A program made the translations under genes and the position numbers. From the NCBI GenBank assembly GCA_937625935.1, contig OW569383.1:372001-436000 (forward strand): a DNA stretch of 64,000 nt, read 5' to 3'. The stretch's first letter is position 1. Each line of letters begins with the position of its first letter. Under the pieces are notes generated by a model. It ran no database searches and was not told where the DNA came from. It saw nothing but the letters and a program-made list of their open reading frames with translations. Positions 20,919 to 32,199 of this stretch are shown here, piece by piece. The DNA is from Tetramitus jugosus (lineage: Eukaryota; Protista; Heterolobosea).

Positions 20919-21701
20919 ATGACAAAAAAGATTAGAGTCGGTGTTGATCCCAACAACCTTCAATGGTCAGAAGACACATCCCGCTTCGGTTTCAAAATGC
21001 TTCAGAAAATGGGTTGGAAACAAGGTGAGGGTCTCGGTAAGAACGGAGAAGGTATCAACGAACACATCAAAGTTGTCAAGAGACAGGAAAATTTGGGTCT
21101 TGGCGCCAACAAGAGCACCGCCAGTACCGTGTGTGTGAAAACATCCGCTTTCTCCGACCTTTTGAAACAATTAAATGCCGCCAACGCTTCAAACCATTCT
21201 GGTGAGAGCTCAACTACGACTGTTAGCGAACACAAGGAAAAAACCAAGCGTGTTCATCATCAGAGAAGAGCTGCTAGAGCTACAAAAAAGTGGCAAGGTG
21301 CTGATTTGGCTGCCATCCTAGGTAAACCAGTTGGTGCCTTAAATCACTCGTCATTGACACCTACGACACCTACGACTCCATCATCTGTTGTTGAAACATC
21401 GTCCAATGAATCACTGACGCCCCTTTCAACCAAAATGAACGACTTGATTAGTGATGCTGAGGGAACAGAGACTGGAAGACGGAAATTGATTGATTTGAGC
21501 GCCATGGACAAGAAGGAGTTGAAAAAGTTGAAAAAGCAAATGAAATCAAAGGATGAAGAACAATCTGTGCAATTATTGCAGGGAATGGATAAGAAGGAAG
21601 TGAAGAATTTTAAGAAGCAACTAAAGAAGGAACTCAAGAAGAGAAAGTCGTCATCTGATAGCGAACAAAGCAGCAAGAAGAGAAAGACGTCATCCGATTA
21701 A
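20919..21701 (+). CDS. PINX1: G-patch protein PinX1/Gno1/Pxr1 (Prp43 co-factor, ribosome biogenesis)
   Basis: 'GVDPNNLQWSEDTSRFGFKMLQKMGWKQGEGLGKNGEGINEHIKVVKRQENLGLGA...FSDLLKQLN' plus a KKE/D-rich C-terminus. Confidence 0.9.
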   Translation: MTKKIRVGVDPNNLQWSEDTSRFGFKMLQKMGWKQGEGLGKNGEGINEHIKVVKRQENLGLGANKSTASTVCVKTSAFSDLLKQLNAANASNHSGESSTTTVSEHKEKTKRVHHQRRAARATKKWQGADLAAILGKPVGALNHSSLTPTTPTTPSSVVETSSNESLTPLSTKMNDLISDAEGTETGRRKLIDLSAMDKKELKKLKKQMKSKDEEQSVQLLQGMDKKEVKNFKKQLKKELKKRKSSSDSEQSSKKRKTSSD

Positions 21702-21762
21702 ATATGTTTTTTCAACAGAGTTTGGTGCATTCTTGTCCAGATCTCTCGGCTTTTCACTTTAT

Positions 21763-24243
21763 TCAGAGTACGAGCATGAAAATGAGCAGTAGAACACTTA
21801 TGATTGCCAGAAGGAGAAATCCAACCAGCAAGCGCTTCATCCACAGAGAATGATGCTTGATTTTCGTATTGTACGTGTAGAGGAAGCTGTCAATAATTCT
21901 TCGTATGCCTGTCCAGATGTACGACACTGGTTTCAAGCTCTCTTTCACCTGATCAAAGTATTCCTTCAAGTTGGAGTGTGGAATGGAATTGGGTGCTGCA
22001 CTGGACATGGATGTGACAGCTTCAGACACCATTCGAACTGCTTCCGTATTCCTCTTGTTGAACAGTTGACCCATGTAGAGGAATGGTGCTTTGACAATCT
22101 CGACCAATGAAAATAGTACGAATGATAGTGCTTCTAGCTGGCCGCCAATTGCATTGTACAAGGTCGATACGAATACGCCTAGTAATTCATAGACCATGAC
22201 CACGAGTTGTATCGGCAGTTTTATCAGTGTATAGACACCCATCGATACAAACTTTACCAATTGAGCAATTGCAGATATAGTGGTGAACAGTAGGAGGAAC
22301 AGGGGCCGCACAACATCGAATATGAGTGTGATGAAGCCCCAGACTCCACTATGAAGCCATTGCAGCACCACTATTATCGGATAGACTACATAGTACAGTA
22401 AGTGACCGATATGATATGCCACTGTGACAACGGGAGAAACGACAATGCTCTTCAGATAGGAACCAATCGTCACCATTACACTAATCATTGGTGAAAATAC
22501 ATAGAGAAAGTTGCTGAGCGTGAGGAACAGTCGATTCAGTATCAGTGGAAACAGTAGAATAACTCTGTTTCTCCAAATTGGCTCAAACCACGTGAGCAAG
22601 GGTCCAAATATTCGTCGCATGGCACCTCCCACATATGGTAAATTCTTGTAGAGATCATAAAAGCCCCATAGCAGCGAAAAGAGAATATAAAAGTTGACAA
22701 TTGTTGTGATCAACTGTCTCACGCGATACGAATAATAGACGGGAATAGAGTATCGATTCACAACAACACTCCATGTCGGTAAGCTCTGAATGGACAACTT
22801 GTACAACCGTTCATCAGATTTGAGCATGAGTTCGTCCAAGTAAGTCGCACAGTCCTGCTTTGTACAATAGAGAAAATAGACGACAGAGGAGAATTTGGAT
22901 GGGCAGATCTCTGGTGGTTTAAATAATTCGAATACGATCACCACGGGAGCACAGGGCGCATACTGGAAATCCAAACCAGAAATATTGTCCCAATCAATAA
23001 CAATCGTATTGTCTTTTTGATCCATATCATCATAGTTGTTGTTATTGTTGTTCTCATTATTGTCATCCTTATTTTCACTAGAATCATGCTGTTGCATCTT
23101 TTCTTTAAAACTGGCAGGACCAACATCATTGCGCATCATTCTTCTCGGTGTTTGTCGTATTATTGCACTGCCCGGATTTTCCTCCGTATTCGTCAATGAT
23201 GCACTGTTCGAAGAAGCAATACTGTTCCATGCAGCATTGGCCCATGATGTTAAATTGAGTGATTCTCGATGATTGACCATTCTTTTGTTGCTACTGCCAT
23301 GATTATGCACGCGGGGCAATGATATCTCTAATCGACGTCTCGTCAAATCCACACAAACACTCACATCTTCATGTCCAGTCAAGAAATGATCACCTTTTGT
23401 GATGCGCGATCCATGGAACGTATATTGATTGAATCTGCGTGCATGAAAATGTTGTTGTTGTTTCTCGGATGCTGTTGTTGCTGCGTCAATCACATTGTGC
23501 TTGGTGTTTGTACCATCAGAGGAAGTAGAGAATCTTCGAGGACTCTTCAGTGGAAAGTGAAGATGATTGAGTGATGGAATCATTGGAATTCGATGATTTG
23601 TTTTGCTGTTATTATTATTATTATTATTGTTGTTGTTGTTATTGTTATTGTTGTTATTGGTATGGATGGGAGTAAATGGAGAGTTGGGTTGAGCTGGAGA
23701 GTTGAAAAATAGTGATGATGATGATTGAGGTGTGGTAGTGGTGGTAGTGGAAGAGAGTGAGGATAGTGATGTAGAAGAGGATGATTTGACAAGAGAGGAT
23801 GGAAATCGATTTCGGAGTTGTGATGATGATTTAAAGTCATGCAGTGATGGTGTTCTTGACATTGTATTTATATGGTCATTGTGATTGTTGTTATTGTTCT
23901 GACTATGATTGTTGGGTGAGTTGGGTGATGATGGTGGATAGGTCGGATCAAAATTGGATAGTGTTTGCAAGGGAATGTTCACAGTTGGTATGATTGGTTT
24001 TGTTGTTGTTGTCATGGTGGTTGTGGTGGTAGTAGTAAAATAATTATTATTGTCATCCAGTTGTTGTTTATCGGCAGAATCATCATCAGACAATATCGAA
24101 TACTTTGATTTTCGATGTCTCAAATGTGATTGTTGTGATAATGATGGTGATGATGGTGGTGAAGGTGAAGGTGGTTGTTTGGATGAAGCAGAAGGATGAC
24201 AGAACAATGCATCAATTGAATGGATGGATTGCACGGTTGTCAT
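21763..24243 (-). CDS. Uncharacterised membrane protein with a long low-complexity N-terminus
   Basis: First ATG is 24243 (the ORF-track start 24279 is GTG). Poly-N/T/S N-half, then a conserved-looking core 'DERLYKLSIQSLPTW...LWGFYDLYKNLP', a long amphipathic/hydrophobic region and a C-terminal TM helix. Confidence 0.75.
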   Translation of the reverse strand: MTTVQSIHSIDALFCHPSASSKQPPSPSPPSSPSLSQQSHLRHRKSKYSILSDDDSADKQQLDDNNNYFTTTTTTTMTTTTKPIIPTVNIPLQTLSNFDPTYPPSSPNSPNNHSQNNNNNHNDHINTMSRTPSLHDFKSSSQLRNRFPSSLVKSSSSTSLSSLSSTTTTTTPQSSSSLFFNSPAQPNSPFTPIHTNNNNNNNNNNNNNNNNNSKTNHRIPMIPSLNHLHFPLKSPRRFSTSSDGTNTKHNVIDAATTASEKQQQHFHARRFNQYTFHGSRITKGDHFLTGHEDVSVCVDLTRRRLEISLPRVHNHGSSNKRMVNHRESLNLTSWANAAWNSIASSNSASLTNTEENPGSAIIRQTPRRMMRNDVGPASFKEKMQQHDSSENKDDNNENNNNNNYDDMDQKDNTIVIDWDNISGLDFQYAPCAPVVIVFELFKPPEICPSKFSSVVYFLYCTKQDCATYLDELMLKSDERLYKLSIQSLPTWSVVVNRYSIPVYYSYRVRQLITTIVNFYILFSLLWGFYDLYKNLPYVGGAMRRIFGPLLTWFEPIWRNRVILLFPLILNRLFLTLSNFLYVFSPMISVMVTIGSYLKSIVVSPVVTVAYHIGHLLYYVVYPIIVVLQWLHSGVWGFITLIFDVVRPLFLLLFTTISAIAQLVKFVSMGVYTLIKLPIQLVVMVYELLGVFVSTLYNAIGGQLEALSFVLFSLVEIVKAPFLYMGQLFNKRNTEAVRMVSEAVTSMSSAAPNSIPHSNLKEYFDQVKESLKPVSYIWTGIRRIIDSFLYTYNTKIKHHSLWMKRLLVGFLLLAIISVLLLIFMLVL
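23605..23660. repeat. Coding (AAC/AAT)n trinucleotide tract encoding poly-Asn; similar tracts near 5850-5873, 8187-8230 and 9075-9100
   Basis: Run of ttg/tta/att triplets on the + strand, translating as a long N run in the minus-strand ORF. Confidence 0.85.
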
Positions 24244-24494
24244 CTCGACTGATTTGGGGTGATAATGTTTGGAGGTCACAGATGACTTTTATGTACAAAT
24301 ACGTATGGATGGTTTTTGAAGCGGTTTCGAAGAATGTTGAGCTTGTATTTCTCTCGTTTTTTTTGTGTGTTTGTTTTTTGTGACGCGCTCATCCGAGTGT
24401 TCTGCTGCGCAGGAGATGAGCGGAATCATGACGTGGCAAAAAAAAACGAGGAAGTTTCCTTCATAACCACTTCTGGAGAGCCACGTGGGAGGTT

Positions 24495-25670
24495 TCAGTC
24501 TTTGGTCAAGAAGTGAGTCATCTTGAAGCATTCAACACAATAGGGAGTGTCACACTCGACACACCTGAAGAAAGTTTCAACTGATTGGCACAGATGACAC
24601 GTTTGGACTTGTTGATCTCCAAAGAACTGGCGGCCCCAGATATGTTTCCGCATAGATGTGGTTCGGTCACCACTAGTACTATGACTGGGAGAGGGTGCTG
24701 AATCTTCCTGATCAGGTGTCTTCTGGGTTTCTTCTTTGTTGAAGTGGAGTCTCTTGGCTATGATAGACGGAATAGGATGCGAACTAAGTTTTGGAGTAAC
24801 ATCGAAGTGTAGTTTCTGAGCGAATGAGTTCGGACTGGTGGATGAGGGTGCGTGACAGGAGCCAGTAAACATTGGACTTTCTTGTTTTGGTGTGGATACA
24901 GTACTTCTGATCGATGATTTCGGTGTGGATTGAGTAGGGCGTTGAGGACTACTAACGGACGCTCTGACCGTATTGACTTTTGGAGAGGAAGTTCGAGAGA
25001 TAGAGAGAGACTTTTTCGGTGAGTTGGAAGGAGAACTGGGAGCATTGTTGGAGGTACTTGTTCGGTTTGAACTGACACTTCCAGGGAGAGCTTTCGTAGA
25101 GGGACTCGACGATCGACTATTGGGAGTCATGAGAGAGAATGTCCTGTTTGACGAAGAGGGAGATGGTTTTGTTTCAGATGAAGATCGCTTTGGTGATAGA
25201 GTTCCTAAAGGTGCTGTTCTCGGTGAGGAACTCTTGGAGGAAGGAGAACTGGGCAGAGAAGAGCCACATGATGGTCTTTTGGGACTGCTTGTATACTTGT
25301 CCCTGAATTCTTTGGCCTCTTTCAGTACTTCTCTTGTGTCTCGGAGGGGCGAGCCACTTTGGACTCGTTTCCAATCTGGCTCCTTCACAAATTTTCGATC
25401 ATACTTTTCGTACTCTTGTCGCAGTCGTACTTGCATCTTCGTGTCGCTCACTTTCTCTTCCTTGCACAAGATATTATTCATGAGTCGGCTGGGGGAGGCA
25501 GATGGAGAAGAAGAGGATAGCTGTGGAGATCTCGTTCCACGTGCAGGACTTGTCGTTGTTATTGAACTTCTCATATTTTTTATTGTTGGGCTAGATACAC
25601 GCGAAGACTCTTTCCTGGTGGTAGGTGCACGCGAGGGGCTGTTCGTTTGTTGAGTGTTTTGCATTTGCAT
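24495..25670 (-). CDS. Ser/Pro-rich protein with a C-terminal B-box-type zinc finger
   Basis: Many SP/TP motifs. The C-terminus 'CHLCQSVETFFRCVECDTPYCVECFKMTH' has B-box-like CxxC-x8-CxxC-x4-CxxC-x4-H spacing. Confidence 0.7.
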   Translation of the reverse strand: MQMQNTQQTNSPSRAPTTRKESSRVSSPTIKNMRSSITTTSPARGTRSPQLSSSSPSASPSRLMNNILCKEEKVSDTKMQVRLRQEYEKYDRKFVKEPDWKRVQSGSPLRDTREVLKEAKEFRDKYTSSPKRPSCGSSLPSSPSSKSSSPRTAPLGTLSPKRSSSETKPSPSSSNRTFSLMTPNSRSSSPSTKALPGSVSSNRTSTSNNAPSSPSNSPKKSLSISRTSSPKVNTVRASVSSPQRPTQSTPKSSIRSTVSTPKQESPMFTGSCHAPSSTSPNSFAQKLHFDVTPKLSSHPIPSIIAKRLHFNKEETQKTPDQEDSAPSPSHSTSGDRTTSMRKHIWGRQFFGDQQVQTCHLCQSVETFFRCVECDTPYCVECFKMTHFLTKD

Positions 25671-25777
25671 TTGATGAAGGATCTTTTTGATTTGTTACTT
25701 GCCCTCTTCTTGAAATGTCCAAATGGTCTACTGTAGATGCGCGCATTTGTTCCCGACGATCGCTTCAGGGTCGAGCC

Positions 25778-28700
25778 TTATGAGAGCTCAAAAGCTCCAC
25801 GACCATGACGAATGGAGAGGAGCAATTTTTTGCGCAAGACCTCTTCGGATGAATAGTTTGGTAGCTTGATCAGATGGAAGCAAGTATTGCATGTGACGAG
25901 CACATCGTCATCACTGATTCTTCTTTTAGAATCTTGTTCTAGCACCTTCCTCGAGATTGTTAACTTTGGGCTGAGTGCACCACCTACTGGCAGTCTGCTT
26001 GTTCCTGTTGAGAATTCCAAAAACAGTTTTTGGTCCTCAGGGGTCATTTGAGACACGACGTTGATCAAGTACTGGACAGGCAAGGAGTCCATGGTATATC
26101 CATGAGATGTGGTAATATTCTCAACCACTTGTTCTCGCGAGGTCCACAGTTGATCATTGCCAGAGATCAATTGGCTCAACTCTGGTGCTGAAAACATGTT
26201 GAGGTAATTCATGTTGACAATCTCATGAAATCCATTGCAGAACGCATTTAACTGCTCTGAAAAACCATCGACAAGCAACAACTGTTGTAACAAGGTGAGG
26301 AATCGATCAAAATTGTCGTGCGTAACATCAATATCATCCCCATTATCTACCAAGTTCACTCCCTTAAAATTCATTGTAAGCATCATGTTATCAATCTCTG
26401 CACAGAGTTTGTTATACATTGTCTGATCACTCTTGTTGTATGTGGTGTATCGATCCAAGAGTGAGATCATTGGTTTGAGAGATCTCACAATAAATGGATC
26501 GATATCGTTGTAGTCTGGCAATTGAAGCTTCTTCTTTCCAAGAAGAAGTTCTAACCAAGGTTTGCTGAGTTCTATGTCACACAATCTTCCATCTTCCAAG
26601 CTCTTTGCTATCATTCGACCTGCCATCGTGAACCAAGATAGTTTTTTCATTCGGTCTCCTGCTGATAATGTGGATTCGAATAGAGAGGGGAATAAACCAG
26701 CCACACTATGGATATAGAGTTGTTCCTTCTTATTAAGATCTTCGTCACCCATTGAATAGCTGCTATTTGGATTGTCGTACCATATAGACAGCTCCTTGGA
26801 TTGCAGTTCCTGACAACAAGAAGTATAGAATTGAATAGTCGGACCTAGACCTGTACCTGGCTCACCCTCGTATTCAAACTCTAAAACTGTCTTATTCATT
26901 CCTTGTTCTGCTAGCTCTTTTCGGGCTTCTACGAGAATGTTATTACGGTCCTTGATTTTAATTCTCTGTGCGTGCTTGCGAATCATATTGTCACTATCTC
27001 GATTTTCTTCATCATTGATGCTATGATTCACATGAAGATATTGTTGTGGCGCATACTGGGTCATTATCGTTCTCTGAGCTCCTGAAACTACAAAGTTGAA
27101 AAACATGCGACGCACGTTGAATGGATACAAGAATGAGCAATGAGTGGTCGTGATCATATCCCAAGATGGTAGTTGCCCAGCGCAACATAGTGCTAGAGAC
27201 ATTGGAGAAATCATTTGTTGTGTCAGTTTCGATGTAATTTGGCTACTAATAAAGTGTTCGCTTGGTATGAGTGTTTCAGAGGTGGATCTACTTGAGTTCA
27301 CATAAAGCGACCAGTCTCGATTCAATGCATTGAATACTCTCATCACACACAATGTATGTACAAACAGAGCATTCACTTTTTTTCCATTGGCCAAGGGAGC
27401 TAGTTCCCGTTCGCTCAGATAATAATCTTGCAGGGATTGAACATCAATCGACTGAGAAGTGAAGCATCGAGATGATGGATAGCGTACATTATTATTTTTC
27501 TTATTGGTATAGGATATAGTGTAGCTGCTACTACCATCAAACGCTTCGCTGTATCCATAATTGTTCGACTTGGCGTAACGTCTGATACATTCGTAGAGAG
27601 TCAAACTGTACGGATTTTCCAAAAATTGATCGTCAATAAACAAGTCCAATCTTGCTACCTTTCTCTTTTGTGGATGAGAAACGCATTTGTTGACGATAAA
27701 CTGCTCAACAGCTCTCATACTGGCCAGAGGACTTATCGTATAGATATTCTCGGTCAAATCACTCAACACAGGGTCATATCTGTCTTTGAGTTTGAATTGG
27801 AGTGAGATTTTACTAGCTGCCAACAGTTCCAAGTCAGATGTACTACTAAATCCAGGGAGACGAACATCAGGTGTGCTTGCCGTGTTAGAGTCGTTCAGTG
27901 TAAAGTTAACATGAGAAACTTCATCGTCATCATCAAGTTCCTGTTGATCACTGACACTTGCAACTGATGGTAAAACATCCAACAGTTCTAATGAACTACT
28001 CAACGCATCGACTAGATTTGAGAACGTACTTTGATTATCATTGAAAAGTATAGCTAATGAGCTAATGATTTGATGCAGTTTGTTCGCATCATTCTTAAAG
28101 CGACACATAAAACTCCAGAGGTGAGTGGCGAATTTGGAGCTGATAAATTGATCAATTGATATTCCATTCACACCATGTAGATCACCAAATATTTGATTCA
28201 ATACTGAAAAATTGGTTGATGATTCCTCTGATGAAACCTGTGATAATGATGCACAAAATTCATTTAGCAAAGTAAGAGTTTGGTTGCTTCCTTGCTCCTC
28301 AGATAATGTTGCACCATATGAATCAACAAACTGCTTTGCAATATCGCAATTTGTTTGTTTGATCTCCTTTAGCATGTTCTCTCGAATGAAGAGATTGGTC
28401 AATGGTATTGACGAACTTGATGAACCATATTGCAGATCAGAAGCGAGGAGCTTTTGTGCTAGGTAAATCGTATGTGTGACTACTACAGCATTTGTTCTAT
28501 TTCTACGAAGAATTCGATGAATATACTTTGTTAATGATGCTTTCAGGTTATCGCTGCGCATTATCATCTCTGGGTTCGTGTTGCATATTATTTGAGTCAA
28601 ACTAACGACTGCACTCTCAGTAATGCTGGTGTTTGCACTGGTACTTGCTAGTTGCATCAACGGTTTAGATAGATTATTGATGTAGTCATCAGGAAGAGTC

Positions 28701-30341
28701 AAGCTATCTGAGAAAGAACTTTGAACAAAATCTGCACTACTATTACTGGCAAGTGTTGGAGAGGATTCTGAGGTTTTCTGCTTTTTGAACACCCGAGAAA
28801 ATAGTCCACCCTTCTTTTTTTTCTGATCATCTTCGTGTGATGGACTGGATGGACTGGATGGACTATTAATCTTTGAGCTTGCCTTTCTTTTCTTGTATGA
28901 ACTGGCAATTGGACAACGTGATACATTTCTCATAAGTCGTGAGCTTACATTGTACTGTTTCATACCAATAAGATCGATTCGATAGTTATTTCCTAACACT
29001 TGAATAGTTACTTCAGGAAGACCTTGCTCATAGGCCTTTTCCAACTGATTAGAAATGTTGCTATCATAAGGATAAAAATTATGGAAATCATCTTCCCATT
29101 TCCATTCGTGTTGTGGCTCCATCGAGAAGCGGACTACATCCACAGAGGACACCGGAGGACACAGCAAAAACAACAAATAACACACATCCAACAATAGCTG
29201 ATTAGATTTTGACAGTAAATTGTCACTTCCACTTGATGCACTAACGCTGGTTAGCATTTGTTCTTGAGGGCTCAACAACACTTTTAAGACTTGAGCAATT
29301 CCACAATGTGTCAGTTGTCGGCAGAGCTCAAAATCACCACCAGCATATTCTGCATTGAATTTTGCAAAACTCACTAAAACTTTCATGATAATGCTCTTTG
29401 TTGTCTGTCTTGTTGTTGCCTTATGCAATCTCATTAATAGTGGCTCCCATATGGTTGTACGATTTTCTACCGATTTGCTTGAGGTATTATGAACACCAAT
29501 CAATTGTTGGAAGTGAGACAGTGAGCGAGATTGATTGCACTTATCTACGAGATGAGCAAAAATTGTGCAAACTTTGTCAATTTCGGAATCAGAATTCACA
29601 TGTAAAATCATCTTTGCCAATTGAGGTACGTGCACAACGACATTGTCAAAATTGACTGTAGTTCCAGATCCAGTGCTCGTAGGGGAGCTACTCGTGGAGC
29701 AGGAGCACTTGCGAGCCACATTTGCAACAATGTCCAATGCCTTGAGTCTCAAGGGTTCAGAATAGGATTCATATTGAACTAAAATGGTTGATAGTACAGA
29801 TGTGGAATCAACGAGCAGAACATTAGGCTCCTGGATCGAAATTTTGTCCATTGATTTTAAAATTTCTTCAATCAAGGGATTCGTTGATGTGGTCATCTGC
29901 TGTTCTGAAGGACTCGTTGGCACAGTGTTATCCGCTGTTTGTTGCTGCTTCAACAAATTTGATAGTCTGGGAACAGTTCCACGAGAAACAACAGTTGTGC
30001 AACTATGAGGCACAATGTCAAGTATCAAAGCGATTGCTCTGCAAGTCAGAACGAGAACTTCTTGATTCTTGCTTGTTGACACAATGTTAATGAATGCAGG
30101 CAGGTACATGTTCAAGTTGAATGAACGTATATAGTCCTCCATACCTATGATGTTTTTCATATGAAAAAAAAAAGTCAACCACCATTATTCATTGTGTTTC
30201 TATTGCGCAAGTTGAATCAACAATAATGCGTCTAGGAGACGACATACCAATACAAAGCATTGTGCACACTTCATTGAGAATATCAATTTGCTTTTGAGGA
30301 CTAGCACAGTCCTCCAGATCATTCATCACACTTGCGTCCAT
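25778..30341 (-). CDS. TRIP12: HECT E3 ubiquitin ligase, TRIP12/UFD4/UPL3-like, with ARM repeats and a WWE domain; exons 30341-30248 and 30144-25778
   Basis: Splicing gives 'LNEVCTMLCIG|MEDYIRSF'. Domains: ARM region, WWE 'WKWEDDFHNFYPYD...LEKAY...YRIDLIGMKQYN', and HECT 'LEFEYEGEPGTGLGPTIQFY', 'FLEFSTGTSRLPVGG', catalytic 'TCNTCFHLIKLPNYSS', ending 'AFELS'. Confidence 0.92.
30145..30247 (-). other. Spliceosomal intron of the HECT ligase (103 nt)
   Basis: Minus-strand GTATGT donor at 30247 and ATAG acceptor at 30145. The phase-1 join to the 94-nt first exon (ATG 30341) is in frame. Confidence 0.85.
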
Positions 30342-30503
30342 TTTTTTCTTCACCTAAACAAGTTCGCCAACAAAAGAATAGCGGAGAAAATTTCAATGAA
30401 GGATCAAACCAAGACATAAAACAGCGGAGATGGAAAAATGTCAGGTTAGTTCTGGAGTTGAACAATACCTTGTGTGCACCCAACTATGTCAAAGAAAGTA
30501 AAA

Positions 30504-31019
30504 ATGAAAATTAGACCTCAAACAAACACGGAAGATGCAGCCATTCGTGAAGTGATTCAAGCTGCCTTTGAACGCGCAGAAGAAGCTGAACTCGTTGAAA
30601 ATATTCGCAAAACAGATGATTATCTGCAGGAGCTTTCCCTTGTTGCCGAATCCAGTGACGGAAGCATTGTTGGCCATGCGCTTTTCAGCCAAGTTGTTTT
30701 GGAGATGGAAGAAAAAACTCGCATTTTATTGGCTCTTGCCCCTGTTGCAGTGTTACCTTCTGAGCAGAATCGAGGATATGGGAGTGCACTCATCGAGGAA
30801 GGGATTCGTCTTTTGCGTGAAAAGTCCTACCCAGGTATTGTTGTCCTTGGTCACGAAACTTACTATCCCCGTTTTGGTTTTGAACCAAGTAGCAAGTACG
30901 GCATTAAGCCTCCATTTGAGGTACCTGAAGCAAACTTCATGATTCTTGAGCTATATCCAGAAAGCCTAAAGAGACAGGAAGGAACAATTATCTATCCAGC
31001 TTCCTTTCAAGGTGTATAA
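30504..31019 (+). CDS. GNAT N-acetyltransferase, bacterial YhbS-like (alternative ATG at 30486)
   Basis: 'MKIRP....D.AAIREVIQAAF...EEAELVENIR....ELSLVAE..GSIVGHALFS...LALAPVAVLPSEQNRGYGSALIEEG...IVVLGHETYYPRFGF...IIYPASF' follows the YhbS-family pattern along its whole length. No intron. Confidence 0.9.
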   Translation: MKIRPQTNTEDAAIREVIQAAFERAEEAELVENIRKTDDYLQELSLVAESSDGSIVGHALFSQVVLEMEEKTRILLALAPVAVLPSEQNRGYGSALIEEGIRLLREKSYPGIVVLGHETYYPRFGFEPSSKYGIKPPFEVPEANFMILELYPESLKRQEGTIIYPASFQGV

Positions 31020-31155
31020 ATGAAAATATCCATGAGGGTGATTCCCTCGATTAAATATGAGCTCTTCTTCAGACTCTGGAAGAAGAGCTCATTTGACGCC
31101 CAAATGGACGACTGAATAACACAATCCAATGAAAGAAAGCAACGTCACTGGTCCC

Positions 31156-32199
31156 TTAATATTTATACATGAATTGGCAAAAGAGTCCAAAGTGATCACT
31201 CGGAAAGACCTTCTGGTTGTCTTCGTCGTTCATAAATGGTTCTGCTCCGATCATTTCGATATGATTTGGTTGCCAACGGTTTTGGTGACTCTTCAATATG
31301 ATACGATCATATCTCATGACTTCATACCCACCCTTAATCATGGGATTCACTTCAGTGTCAAAAGTTTTTCCTTTTTCATTTGGAAGAAGAGTCTTCCACA
31401 CATCTTTGAACTCCTTGATGGGCTCCGATAGGAGCACTTCATTCTCTAGAGTGCAGTTCAAAGGAATTTCATCATCCTTCAATTCTCTATCCACCCAGTT
31501 CTTTTCGTCATCAAAGTTAAAATCTCCCATTAGCATCGCATGAGGAGAGTCAGCTAAAAGTTTTCCACATATCTCTGATATTTGTTGAGTTCTAAGCTTT
31601 TGAGAGTTTAGAGATTCGAGATGAACAGTAGCAATACGAATAAATGAATCATTAGGCGCACTCTCGCTATTATTTTCCTGATTGAGGTGGTGAATGTTAG
31701 GAGATACATCGATAGCGACACAGTTTCTGTTCATAAACGATTCAAGCTTATGGAAGTGCAATTTTGTGACTCGAAACGATGGATCAGTCTTCTTTACAAG
31801 TATTAACACACCATAATCGTTGATTGTGCGCATCTGAGAAGACGCATCTGTCATAAGATACTGTTCTCTAATCCAGTTCTCTTGCTCAATCATCTGCAGG
31901 AAAGGTTTAGTTACTTCCTGAAAGCATAGAACAGTGGGTGATCTCTTCTCGCATATTCGAAAAATTTCCTTGTATCTCTCCTCTCTTTGATAGTTGCTAA
32001 ACCAAACGTTCCACGTAATGACAGAGAGCTCCAACTCTTTGTGCAGCGCTTTGTTTGTTTCTGATGACCACTCTTGAACATCAGGTTGATACTCATAGAA
32101 CAATGGTGATGTATTGGTCGCTGTTCTGCGAATGGCAGAGGAAGATTGGAGAGATGTTTGAAGTTCCTCTCTTTGATGTTGGCTATGTTGGGAACCCAT
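31156..32199 (-). CDS. TDP2: Tyrosyl-DNA phosphodiesterase 2-like EEP-family phosphodiesterase
   Basis: EEP motifs 'ITWNVWF', 'CFQEV', 'ATVHLES', 'MGDFNF', 'RYDRI' and 'PSDHFGL'. The N-terminal MGSQHS is a possible myristoylation site. Confidence 0.8.
   Translation of the reverse strand: MGSQHSQHQREELQTSLQSSSAIRRTATNTSPLFYEYQPDVQEWSSETNKALHKELELSVITWNVWFSNYQREERYKEIFRICEKRSPTVLCFQEVTKPFLQMIEQENWIREQYLMTDASSQMRTINDYGVLILVKKTDPSFRVTKLHFHKLESFMNRNCVAIDVSPNIHHLNQENNSESAPNDSFIRIATVHLESLNSQKLRTQQISEICGKLLADSPHAMLMGDFNFDDEKNWVDRELKDDEIPLNCTLENEVLLSEPIKEFKDVWKTLLPNEKGKTFDTEVNPMIKGGYEVMRYDRIILKSHQNRWQPNHIEMIGAEPFMNDEDNQKVFPSDHFGLFCQFMYKY

Noticed and set aside
24973-25653. 226-aa plus-strand ORF
   Set aside because: It is the antisense shadow of the Ser/Pro-rich B-box gene, with a TTG start and no domain.
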